A stretch of 29,117 nucleotides of DNA from Myxococcota bacterium. Its GTDB lineage: Bacteria > Myxococcota_A > UBA796 > GCA-2862545. The stretch is taken from contig JBCCQY010000114.1 of NCBI GenBank assembly GCA_039208735.1, positions 1 through 29,117 on the forward strand, given 5' to 3'. The first letter of the stretch is position 1. Every line of letters starts with the position of its first letter. A program made the position numbers and the translations under genes. Below the pieces are notes generated by a model that had not been told where the DNA came from, ran no database searches, and saw only the letters and a list, made by a program, of their open reading frames with translations. Of the stretch, positions 7,871 to 16,443 are shown one piece after another.

Positions 7871-10530
7871 ATCGAGACGTCGAGCGGAATGGCATAGCCA
7901 CCGTCGATGCGTGCGATTCGGTCCCCAAGCCCGAGTTTGCGCAACCGCGAAAGGGCAACCCAAAGTCGATTTTCGAGGGCGGTGGATCGGGCTTTGTCGT
8001 CGGGCCAGCCGGCCGCAATCAGGTCGGCGATGGGCAAGGGCTTGCCAGGGTTCTCAAGACGCCCCGCCACCAAGGCGGAAAACAGGCGGCGAGCGATGGG
8101 TCGAGAGGCAAGGTCGACCGGCTCGGGCTGATCGTCCGTTGAAAACCAGGTGTTCGCGGGGCCGATGACGAGGCATCGTCGAAGAGGTGAGTCAAGTTCG
8201 CGCTCGAGGAGGTGCCTGGCGAGTCGCACGGTGAGAAAGGGATGGGCAACCGGCGCTTGACGCTGACGAGCCGCGTCGAACCTTCGGATGGCCTCCGTTC
8301 GTGCATGAGGGGCTTGCAGGCGAAGTTGAACCACGGCTTCCAGCAGATGGAGGGGCGCATCGAGCCAGGGCAAGTTCCAACGCTGGGCCTCGGTATGGGC
8401 GGCCGCGAGATCCTGTACGGCGTTGTCGGTCTGACCCTCGCCTGCATAAAGACATGCGCGGAACGCCAAATCCACGGCGTGCGACGATGGTTGGTGCCGG
8501 GAGCCGAACGATAGCGCCTCCTGCACGAGCGGCCAGGCCGCGTCACGGCGTCCCTCGACCTCCTGCAACATCGCGAGCAGCCCGGCCAATTCGCCGCGTT
8601 GGTTCTGGGTTCCCAGCTTCCGGACGGACTCGAGGAATCCTGACCATTGCTGATGGGCGACATCGAGGTGTCCTTCCGCCAGGGCCACACTGCCTCGCAG
8701 GAACCAGGTGGGACTGCGATGGCCCTTGGGTTCGATCGCCTCGGCTTGGGCAAGCAATCTTCGAGCATCGGCCACGTTGCCGCTCGCCAGGAAGGTGCCC
8801 GCCACGTTGCACAGCCGTTCCGATTGCACAGGCTCAATCGCGGTCGTCTCGAGCGCACGCAGCACCGCCTCACCGACCTCGATCGCTTCATCGAGTTCGC
8901 CGGCTTGGCGAAGCTTGTAGGTCAAAATATCGGACCAAAGGATGTAAAGGCTCGTGAAGCCCTGGTTCAGGTAGCGCCGTTGCCAACCACGTGCGATTCG
9001 GACGGCTTTGTCAGGAGATACCGTCCACATCGTGATTTGAGCCAGGCCTTGCTTCGCCGCTTCCGCCATTGGCGGGCAGTTCGCTTTGCGTGCGTACCGA
9101 ACGGCCGACCGAAGCGCCTGACGCGTTTCCGAATGGCGTCTTTCCAGATTCTCGCGTCGCGCCAAGACGAGGCAAAGAAGCCCGGCGAGGATCGGATCAT
9201 TGTGTTCGACGGCGACCGCGTACTCGGCTCGGAGTTGCGGCGTGGTGCACCAGCGGTCCCGGCTGTAGACGGGAAGGGACTCGGCAATACCGCGAAGTTG
9301 TGCTCTCAAGTGACGATCGGCAGAGGAAAGGGCGGCATCGGTTTCGATGAACAGGGGCATTCGTCGAGCCGTTCGCTCGCTTTTGCCCTCGATGCAGGCC
9401 AAGGTGATCAACGCGCGGGCGCGGTCTTGAGGGGTACGGGTGTTCGAGCTTGCAACCACTTCCAGGTTCGCGTGATCGAACGTCGGAACGGTGGACGCCG
9501 TGCCCTGCATGTGCTGATGGTACATCATCGCCAGATTCAGCCACTTCTGGGTGCGTTGGAGCAGATGGGCACTGTGACGGGTCTCAGCGATGGTCAGGTC
9601 GGTCGTGGGTAGGCGAGCGAGTGCGAAGGCACGTACCAGCTGGTGAATTTCGAAGGTATCGTCGGCGCCCCTGGCGAGGAGGTGATGGCGACACAAGGCT
9701 TCGATGTGATCGATGAGGTTTTCGGCCGATACGTCGCCAAATGCCACGACGGCTTCGGCATCCGCAAGCGCGAACGCACCGCGGAAGAGGCTGCACCGCG
9801 ACAGCGTGTGTTGTTCCTCGGGGCTTAGCAACTCCCAGGACCAGGCCAGGGTGGCCTCGATCGTGGTGTGTTGGCGGCGCACGTCTCGTCGGCGGGTCTT
9901 GAGCACGTCGAGGCCTTGGTCGAGCCGGGACTCGAGTTCACTAAGCGACAGCGTCCGGCCACGACTCGCGGCGAGTTCGACGGCGAGCGGCAGGCCATCG
10001 AGTCGTTCGAGCAGGCTCGTTAACGCGGGCTCGTCGGTTGAATCGCGCCCTCCCTCGACGGTTCGGGTACGGAACAGCTGGAGCGCTTCGTCGTCGTTCA
10101 AACCGGCGACTTCCACGATGCGCTCTGCCGCTACGTCGAGCGCGACGCGGCTTGTGACCAAGAACCGAGTGTCGTGCGCCTTTTCTCGCCAGGTCTCGAT
10201 GGTTTCGAGCGTCGACTCGACCAGCCCTTCGAAACCGTCGATGAGCAGGCAAGTGCCGCGGAGTTCGTGAAGCGCCCGTGTGAGGTCCCGAGCCCGCGGG
10301 ACGGCCCCAATGAGCGTGCGAACCGCGGCCTGCGGATCGCGGAGCCCATTGACATCGAGCAGGACCCAACGAGCGCTCGATCGGCTCGCGAACTCAAGAG
10401 CCAGACGGGTCTTTCCGACCCCGCCAGGCCCGGTGAGGGTGACGAGCCGGGAGGGTGCTTCGAGGGCCGTTTGGATTGCATCGAGGCGATCCTGGCGGCC
10501 CACAAAGCCATCGCTCGGAGGCGCACGCAT
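7858..10530 (-). CDS. STAND/NB-ARC-type ATPase with TPR-like region and C-terminal winged helix (regulator)
   Basis: FVGR, Walker A GPGGVGKT, Walker B LLIDGFE, sensor LVTSR, LDGLPLAVELAA; C-terminal LIAAGWP...NRLWVALSRLRKLGL wHTH. Start reassigned to ATG 10530. Confidence 0.85.
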   Translation of the reverse strand: MRAPPSDGFVGRQDRLDAIQTALEAPSRLVTLTGPGGVGKTRLALEFASRSSARWVLLDVNGLRDPQAAVRTLIGAVPRARDLTRALHELRGTCLLIDGFEGLVESTLETIETWREKAHDTRFLVTSRVALDVAAERIVEVAGLNDDEALQLFRTRTVEGGRDSTDEPALTSLLERLDGLPLAVELAASRGRTLSLSELESRLDQGLDVLKTRRRDVRRQHTTIEATLAWSWELLSPEEQHTLSRCSLFRGAFALADAEAVVAFGDVSAENLIDHIEALCRHHLLARGADDTFEIHQLVRAFALARLPTTDLTIAETRHSAHLLQRTQKWLNLAMMYHQHMQGTASTVPTFDHANLEVVASSNTRTPQDRARALITLACIEGKSERTARRMPLFIETDAALSSADRHLRAQLRGIAESLPVYSRDRWCTTPQLRAEYAVAVEHNDPILAGLLCLVLARRENLERRHSETRQALRSAVRYARKANCPPMAEAAKQGLAQITMWTVSPDKAVRIARGWQRRYLNQGFTSLYILWSDILTYKLRQAGELDEAIEVGEAVLRALETTAIEPVQSERLCNVAGTFLASGNVADARRLLAQAEAIEPKGHRSPTWFLRGSVALAEGHLDVAHQQWSGFLESVRKLGTQNQRGELAGLLAMLQEVEGRRDAAWPLVQEALSFGSRHQPSSHAVDLAFRACLYAGEGQTDNAVQDLAAAHTEAQRWNLPWLDAPLHLLEAVVQLRLQAPHARTEAIRRFDAARQRQAPVAHPFLTVRLARHLLERELDSPLRRCLVIGPANTWFSTDDQPEPVDLASRPIARRLFSALVAGRLENPGKPLPIADLIAAGWPDDKARSTALENRLWVALSRLRKLGLGDRIARIDGGYAIPLDVSIQDP

Positions 10531-10633
10531 TCGGGCCGGGTAGGGCGAAAGCGGTGGATCGGCAACCTCGCGGCGCCCAATCCGAGTGGGAGCAGGAAAC
10601 GCATACCGACGGGTAAAGCCGTCGTAGGGCCCG

Positions 10634-12397
10634 TCAGAGGACCGCGGCCACCAGGTATTGGTCGAGGATGTCGTAAAGGGCGCCGATCTGAGCGTCGCCG
10701 GTGGTCGCATCGACCGACCACTCGGACATGGCGACCACCACGAGTTGCGCATCGGGCACCACGACGACGAGTTGGCCGCCGTACCCCACCGCAGCCCACG
10801 CTTCGCGGCCCGCCAACACCCAACGTCGCCACCAGTAGCCGTAGCCCTGTCCGTAGAATCCCGATGAGTAGGACGTGAAGGTGGCATCCACCCAGGTGGG
10901 GTCGTCCGGCTGAAGGTAGCGCTCGCCGAAGCGCACGAGATCGCGCGGGCGCATCCACACTTCGGCGCCGCCGATGGCTCGACCTAAGGGGTCCACGTCC
11001 CATCGAGTGAAGGCGATCCCGGAGGGCTCAAAGAGGGTCTTTTGAGCCCATTGGGCGAGGGGTTGGCCTGTGGCGGCTTCGAGGACCGCCGCTCCGACGT
11101 GGGTGTTTCCCGTGGAGTACCGGAATGCGCTATCGACCGGTTCCACCAGCGGTTGTTCCAGCACGTAGGCCACCCAATCCGGCGCCTCGATCATCGCGCC
11201 AAGCGATGTCGCCTCCGTCCATTCGAGGCCGGTCGACATCGTCATGAACGATGCGAGCGAAATGGCCGAGCGGTCGTCCGGTGGCGTAGGGAGGTGGGCT
11301 GAGACGGCATCTTCAGGGGAAAGGACCCCTTGGGCCGTTGCGATGCCCATGAGGGCCGACAATACGCTCTTCGAAACCGACTTGATGTTGCCGGAGCGTG
11401 TGGCATCCCAGCCTCGCCAGTAGGCCTCGACGACCAAGGCCTCCTCGTGAAGCACGAGGAGGGCGTTCGTAAGCCCCAGTGCCCCCGCGGCATTGACGCC
11501 TTGGGCCAGGCGGGCTTCGTCGAAGCCGGTCGCAGGGCCGGAAGGGTAGGGGTAGCCGGGGGGCTCGTCGAGGAGACCGTCGAGACTCCATCGGCCGGCG
11601 AGCGGCCATTGAAACAGGGTGTCGGTGCCCAACGGACGCGCGCCGGTAGCTTGTCCGGTGTCGTCGACCCACACCAGCTCGGGGCCAAGCCGGTAGACGC
11701 CCAAGGCGTCATGACCGTCCCCATCGAGGTCGGCGAGCAAGGGGTAGCCCGACAGCCCGGTGTTGATCGGGTACGGCGGAGCCTCAATGGGGTCGTGGAT
11801 CCGGGCTTCGCCCGTCGCCGCATTGAACGCCACCACCCCGTCGCGACCGTCCCCATCGAGATCTCCGGCCACTACGAACCACCCCGGTGGCATCGAAAGC
11901 ACGTCGGCCGGGGGGCCAGAAGGGAGGTTGGGCCACCGTTCGAGCTGTCCGGTGGCCGGGTCGAGCAGGCCGAGACCGTCGATCCCATCGCCATCCCAAT
12001 CGCCCACTACGGGTTGGCGATCGGCGGCCAGTTGGCGCGTCTCTGGGAAGGGGCCCGAGGCGTTGTCCGTGCCAAAGCGAAGCACCCCTGCCGCATCGAG
12101 TACGCCCACGGCATCTCGCCCATCTCCATCGAAGTCAGCGGCGAACGGCCAGGCCACGCGAAACCCAGGGAGAGCATCGTGTACATGGAACCGGCGTTCC
12201 GTCCCGTCCGGCAGTTCGAGATGGGCGAAGGACGCTGTGAAGGCGAAGGTGCCCAGTGTTTCAGGGGGTTCGACCGGTAAATCCGGATCCGGCGGGCGGG
12301 GCATCGGAGGCTCGAGGGGAGACGTAGGGAGGCGCTCCGTGGCGGTGCATCCCACGAGAAGCAGCGAAAGAATCCAGCCGGGCCATAAGTGACGCAT
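10634..12397 (-). CDS. Lipoprotein: FG-GAP-like repeats fused to beta-lactamase-family serine hydrolase
   Basis: LLLVGC lipobox; four DxDGDGxD repeats; SxxK (SVSK), FRYSTGN, GYGGQ motifs. Confidence 0.88.
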   Translation of the reverse strand: MRHLWPGWILSLLLVGCTATERLPTSPLEPPMPRPPDPDLPVEPPETLGTFAFTASFAHLELPDGTERRFHVHDALPGFRVAWPFAADFDGDGRDAVGVLDAAGVLRFGTDNASGPFPETRQLAADRQPVVGDWDGDGIDGLGLLDPATGQLERWPNLPSGPPADVLSMPPGWFVVAGDLDGDGRDGVVAFNAATGEARIHDPIEAPPYPINTGLSGYPLLADLDGDGHDALGVYRLGPELVWVDDTGQATGARPLGTDTLFQWPLAGRWSLDGLLDEPPGYPYPSGPATGFDEARLAQGVNAAGALGLTNALLVLHEEALVVEAYWRGWDATRSGNIKSVSKSVLSALMGIATAQGVLSPEDAVSAHLPTPPDDRSAISLASFMTMSTGLEWTEATSLGAMIEAPDWVAYVLEQPLVEPVDSAFRYSTGNTHVGAAVLEAATGQPLAQWAQKTLFEPSGIAFTRWDVDPLGRAIGGAEVWMRPRDLVRFGERYLQPDDPTWVDATFTSYSSGFYGQGYGYWWRRWVLAGREAWAAVGYGGQLVVVVPDAQLVVVAMSEWSVDATTGDAQIGALYDILDQYLVAAVL

Positions 12398-12436
12398 GTT
12401 CGTCTTTCCGTCCTGCGACCACTATCGCACGCAGGG

Positions 12437-12463
12437 GTTTACTCGACATGAACAAGTAAACAG
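12437..12463 (+). promoter_or_regulatory. Putative repressor site (LexA/SOS-box-like) upstream of DUF763
   Basis: Inverted repeat GTTTACT-N11-AGTAAAC (12437-12461) overlapping ATGAACAAGTAAACAG (12448-12463) in an AT-rich divergent intergenic gap. Confidence 0.4.
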
Positions 12464-12476
12464 TGTACAGGTGACC

Positions 12477-13775
12477 ATGTCGACGCGCTCCGGCAATGCG
12501 GACCTCCCCCTTCATCATGGCCATGTTCCGCCCTGGCTCGCCCGCCGCATGGCGATTTTGGGTCGGGCCATCGTCGAAGTTTTGGTGCTCGAAGAAGGTC
12601 GTGACGGGGTGCTTGGTCGGCTCGCCCACCCCGGTTGGTTTCAGTGCTTGGGCTCGGTCATGGGCATGGACTGGCACTCGTCGGGCATCACCACCAGCGT
12701 GCTCGCGGCGCTGAAGCATGGGCTTGGTCCTGTGGCGCATGAACTCGGCATTCACGTGTGTGGGGGGCGCGGTCGGCAAAGTCGTCGCACGCCCGATGAG
12801 CTGCGCAACGTGGCGGAACGAGTGGGGCTCGATGGCGAAGGATTGGTTCGGGCGAGCCGCCTTGTGGCCAAGGTCGATTCAGCCGCCGTGCAAGATGGCT
12901 TTCAGATCTACCTTCATGGTTTCGTGGTGACCGACGAGGGCCATTGGGTCGTGGTGCAACAAGGGTTGAACGATGCCACCGGCACGGCACGGCGCTACCA
13001 CTGGCGGTCTGAAGGGCTCACGGCGTTCGACGAGGAGCCGCATTCCGGCGTGACGGAGCGGGCGCCGGCGTCCACCCAGATCCTGAACCTGGTGCATCGT
13101 GAGGCGCGGCCGGTGCGCGAGGCCCAAGTCTCGCTTGTCGCCGAGCCCGATCGCGTCATGGGGGAGCTGCGCCGGCTCCGTGAACCTCCGAAGCAGGTGT
13201 CGCTTTCGATGCCGGCTCACCATGCGGTACTCGCGAAGGATGTGCACGAGCGACGGTTGTGGGCCACGCTGGTCGCTGCAGCCGAGGCTGGTCCGACCGA
13301 CTTCCCCGAACTCCTCTTGCAGCGTGGGGTGGGCGCCCGAGCCCTCGAGAGCTTGGCCCTCGTGGCGGAAGTTCTCTACGGAACCCCCGTTCGTTTCAGT
13401 GACCCAGGCCGCTTTAGCTACGCCCATGGCGGCAAGGATGGTCATCCGTTCCCGGTGCCGCTCAAGTCCTACGATGTGCTGTTGCGGCATTTGAAGACCG
13501 CGGTTCGGCAAGCCAAGCTTGGTCGTCGTGAGAAGATCGATGCCATGCATCGCCTCGATACGCATGCTCGCCGGGTGGAACACCGCATGGCGAGCCGTGG
13601 TGAGACGGGCCCGTCGTGGGACGAGTTGGTGGCACGAGAGTGGTCGCGGTCCACGTCTTTGGGCGGCCGCACGGTTCAAGACGACATCGCCGACCGCAAA
13701 CCCCGCGTCAGCCCGTCCCGACGTCAATTGAACTTGTTTGCTCAGGGCGCAACCGTCCCCACGCCGGGCGGATAG
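12477..13775 (+). CDS. DUF763 family protein
   Basis: ADLPLHHGHVPPWL, GMDWHSSGITT, SRLVAKVDSAAVQDGF, FSYAHGGKDGHPFPV signature segments. Confidence 0.9.
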   Translation: MSTRSGNADLPLHHGHVPPWLARRMAILGRAIVEVLVLEEGRDGVLGRLAHPGWFQCLGSVMGMDWHSSGITTSVLAALKHGLGPVAHELGIHVCGGRGRQSRRTPDELRNVAERVGLDGEGLVRASRLVAKVDSAAVQDGFQIYLHGFVVTDEGHWVVVQQGLNDATGTARRYHWRSEGLTAFDEEPHSGVTERAPASTQILNLVHREARPVREAQVSLVAEPDRVMGELRRLREPPKQVSLSMPAHHAVLAKDVHERRLWATLVAAAEAGPTDFPELLLQRGVGARALESLALVAEVLYGTPVRFSDPGRFSYAHGGKDGHPFPVPLKSYDVLLRHLKTAVRQAKLGRREKIDAMHRLDTHARRVEHRMASRGETGPSWDELVAREWSRSTSLGGRTVQDDIADRKPRVSPSRRQLNLFAQGATVPTPGG

Positions 13776-13846
13776 CGAGGCCTCACCGGGGGCGCGGCTC
13801 GTCCATCGCCTTGGTTGATTCAGTACGGCGGCGCTCGCTAGCCCTG

Positions 13847-14012
13847 CCCTCGTCGAAGGGCATGGCATCGCGAAGCTGCTGTTGGACCCACGCCAGATCA
13901 CCAAAGCCTGACACCACTTCGACCAGGTCCGACACAGCCAGATCCAGAGGATCCGATCGTGACGTCGAAGCCTGGGACGAACGCGACTACGCTGCAGCAC
14001 CTCGAGCTGGTG
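13847..14012 (-). pseudogene. Internally deleted IS transposase (integrase-core/rve type) remnant
   Basis: HQLEVLQRSRVRPRLRRHDRILWIWLCRTWSKWCQALVI resembles the N-terminus of rve-type IS transposases; it joins out of frame to AWVQQQLRDAMPFDEG, resembling a core-domain segment. Confidence 0.7.
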
Positions 14013-14085
14013 GAACACCCGTCGCACACGGGTGTCACCCGCGGCATGCGGTGTCCCGAGCTGCGCAGAGCCCTGATTGCGGAGT

Positions 14086-14505
14086 TCAGGCCGACCATGG
14101 GTCCACGACGTCGATGCCGCAGTCCGCGAAGTCCGAAACATTCCGCGTGGCGACCCCGCTCCCTCGGGACCGTGAGATTGCCGCGATCTGGGCATCGAAC
14201 TGCGAGATGGGTTTGCCGTTGGCTCGTCGTTGGGCAGCAATATCCGCGTAGTGACCGGCCGCATCGCTGTCGAAGGGAAGGACACGTCCCGCGAGGTCCA
14301 CTTCGAAGAGCCCGCGCACGGCAATGAGTAGGTCGTCACGGCGCTTGCCAGCAGGCAGAATGGCAACTCCGTACATCATTTCGGCCTGGGTAACGGTCGT
14401 GGTGAAGAGACTCGATGCGGGTTGGCGGCGAACCCAGCTGGCCACCGCAGGATGGGGGCTCGCTCGAGTCAGCTCGGACAGGACGTTGGTATCGAGGACT
14501 CTCAC
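14086..14505 (-). CDS. vapC: PIN-domain toxin (VapC/FitB-like)
   Basis: VLDTNVLSE, AEMMYG, FDAQIAAI, ATRNVSDF PIN motifs; GTGA overlap with antitoxin stop. Confidence 0.95.
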   Translation of the reverse strand: MRVLDTNVLSELTRASPHPAVASWVRRQPASSLFTTTVTQAEMMYGVAILPAGKRRDDLLIAVRGLFEVDLAGRVLPFDSDAAGHYADIAAQRRANGKPISQFDAQIAAISRSRGSGVATRNVSDFADCGIDVVDPWSA

Positions 14506-14747
14506 TGGTCGAACTCCGGAGGCTCCCGCATGGGCTCGCGCTCGGGGATCTCCAGGTCCACACCGCTGAGCGGAGCGAAACGTCGACGTATCGCCGAGAA
14601 CAGATCGACCCGCGACTCCTCGGCGCTCAGGGCAACCCGAAGGATGTCACGAGCCTCCTCCTCCATCGAGCGACCGTGAGTCGCGGCCCGCACCCGAAGC
14701 AGTTCCTTGGTTGCCTGATCGAGATTGCGGATGGTGATGCTCGCCAC
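14502..14747 (-). CDS. fitA: FitA-like ribbon-helix-helix antitoxin
   Basis: (V)ASITIRNLD...LRVRAATHGRSMEEEARDIL; GTG start at 14747 with GGGAGG SD. Confidence 0.9.
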   Translation of the reverse strand: MASITIRNLDQATKELLRVRAATHGRSMEEEARDILRVALSAEESRVDLFSAIRRRFAPLSGVDLEIPEREPMREPPEFDQ

Positions 14748-14769
14748 CAAGGACCTCCCGGTTGCTCTC

Positions 14770-14798
14770 AACGTAATCATCGCAATCATTGCAATCAA
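14770..14798 (-). promoter_or_regulatory. sigma70-type promoter and operator repeats of the TA operon
   Basis: Minus strand TTGATT-N17-TACGTT overlapped by three 9-bp-period repeats (TGATTGC, TGATTGC, TGATTAC). Confidence 0.65.
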
Positions 14799-14970
14799 AC
14801 TCACTGCACAACCGGGGTCAGGGCATTCGCCGACGTCGTCTCTCACGCCAGGTCAAGGTCAACCGGCCGAGGGTGCGCAGAAAGCACCTGCGTCACCCTC
14901 AGCTTCACTGGCGTTCCCTTCGCCCGAGCACTCCGTGGGACCGTCGTGAACCGCATCGAAAGCCGAATGA

Positions 14971-15225
14971 ACGGTCCCGGTTCGTGGTGGGGAGACCATC
15001 ACGCCCTATGTCGAGGTAGCGTACGAACAGCGCGAAGACGTTGATTTTGGCTGGGTTATCCCCATTTCCGCGGCCATCAGTCCAGCGGATGTCACCACGA
15101 CAAATGCGGACTTCTTCAACGCGCTCGAAATGGCCACGGCGCCACGCTTCACCTTCCAGTGGCATTCTCGACCAGCGCTCGCTCATCACCCGGTGGCGGG
15201 GCGAGATCTCGCCCGACGAGCTTTC
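14971..15225 (+). pseudogene. DUF2330-like gene remnant with internal deletion
   Basis: Start-less frame YEQREDVDFGWVIPISAAISPADVTTTNADFFNALEMATAPRF (DUF2330 N-terminal pattern), then shifted frame ITRWRGEISPDEL (C-terminal pattern). Confidence 0.55.
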
Positions 15226-15323
15226 GGCGTGCCATAATTCGTGGCCCTTTTGGTCTGGCGGCGTCGCAAGTAGCCCCAGAGGGGGGGTGGCGTGGTACCG
15301 TCCCCCACCGTGATGGAGAAGGG

Positions 15324-15677
15324 ATGCTGGGGCTGATTGCGTCGCTCGCGCTTGCCGGACCGGCGCTGGACCCGTTCGAGGCGACCTTCGAAGTCGCGTA
15401 TCGCGGTTGGCGCATCATTTCGCTCGCGGACGGGCCGCGATGCAGCTACCACCCGACGTGCTCGGCGTTCGCTCGCCAGGCGTTGGTTCGAGACGGCCCG
15501 CTCGGCATTCCGCTCGTCTTCGATCGGTTGCTTCGCGAGCCGGTGGCGCGCCGCTACCCCCTCCACGAGGACCACGTCCACCATGCCGATCCTCTTCGCC
15601 GCCATGTTCGTCTGCGCGATGTGTTCCGAGGTTGCCGTCGCCAGCGAAGACGTGGCGCCGGCGCCTGCCCTCACTGA
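15324..15677 (+). CDS. YidD-like (haemolytic domain/DUF37) protein with short hydrophobic N-terminus
   Basis: RCSYHPTCSAFARQAL...DRLLRE pattern; GGAGAAGGG SD before ATG 15324. Confidence 0.75.
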   Translation: MLGLIASLALAGPALDPFEATFEVAYRGWRIISLADGPRCSYHPTCSAFARQALVRDGPLGIPLVFDRLLREPVARRYPLHEDHVHHADPLRRHVRLRDVFRGCRRQRRRGAGACPH

Positions 15678-16443
15678 ATCACAGGCGTGGCTGCACACCC
15701 TCGTCGAGTCCGAGGACTGGCCCGGCCTGCGTACCGAGTCCCTTCGCTTGGCCTTTGATTCCCCGTTGAACGCTGGAGTTTGGGGATTCTACACCGGTTG
15801 GGCGGAGCTGAAGCTCGGGCACGAACGCAAGGCCGTCTATCGCTTCATTGACTTGGCGGACCATGGGCCCACCCCAGTGCGAGCGGTGTCAGGACTGGCC
15901 GCGGCGCTGGCGTGGCGGGGACTCGACCCGGAGCTGGCCGAGCGCCGCTACGCCACATTGCGGGGTCACGCCGACCCGAACATTGCTCGCGCCGCCACCC
16001 TGGGCTTGGCCTGGACGGCCGCCGATGGCGCCCGCTTTGGGGCCGTGAACGATCTGTTGCCCGAACTCGATACGACGGTCGAGGGTCTGTTGACGCGTCC
16101 TCGATGGCGCCGTGCGGGGGTCGCGGGCTTGCTTTCGGCCGTGATTCCGGGGGCTGGACAGACCTATGCGGGCGCCCCTCAGGAAGGCGCTGCCGCGTTC
16201 TTCGTCGTCGGTGGACTCGTGGCGGGTACCGCGTTGTTGGCACGCGATCCGGACCGTCGACCGGGCGCGATCATTCTCGGCGTGATCACGGGGTCGTTCT
16301 ACTTGGGCAACATCTACGGTGCGATCGATGCAGCGGTTCGGCGGAATCGGTCTCGGCGGCGCACCGTCAGACGGGCCATTGAGGACCTCGAGCGTCCGGT
16401 GTGGCCGGAGTTGGCCCCTACTTCCGAGGCAGCTCCACGTTGA
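15583..16443 (+). CDS. Secreted/membrane protein: TPR-like N-terminus plus TM2-like hydrophobic C-terminus
   Basis: Signal-like start, helical repeats, AGLLSAVIPGAGQTYAG and FYLGNIYGA motifs. Exact start uncertain. Confidence 0.7.
   Translation: MPILFAAMFVCAMCSEVAVASEDVAPAPALTESQAWLHTLVESEDWPGLRTESLRLAFDSPLNAGVWGFYTGWAELKLGHERKAVYRFIDLADHGPTPVRAVSGLAAALAWRGLDPELAERRYATLRGHADPNIARAATLGLAWTAADGARFGAVNDLLPELDTTVEGLLTRPRWRRAGVAGLLSAVIPGAGQTYAGAPQEGAAAFFVVGGLVAGTALLARDPDRRPGAIILGVITGSFYLGNIYGAIDAAVRRNRSRRRTVRRAIEDLERPVWPELAPTSEAAPR

Noticed and set aside
12879..14366. 495-aa minus-strand ORF
   Set aside because: Composite of an alternative vapC frame, the transposase fragment and the DUF763 antisense shadow; only the short transposase piece looks real.
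14900..15010. Partial likeness to cobalamin (AAGGGAA...GTGAA) or fluoride (GATGG...AACC) riboswitch motifs on the minus strand
   Set aside because: The remaining conserved elements (B12 box, pseudoknot partner) are missing and the downstream gene is a TA pair.
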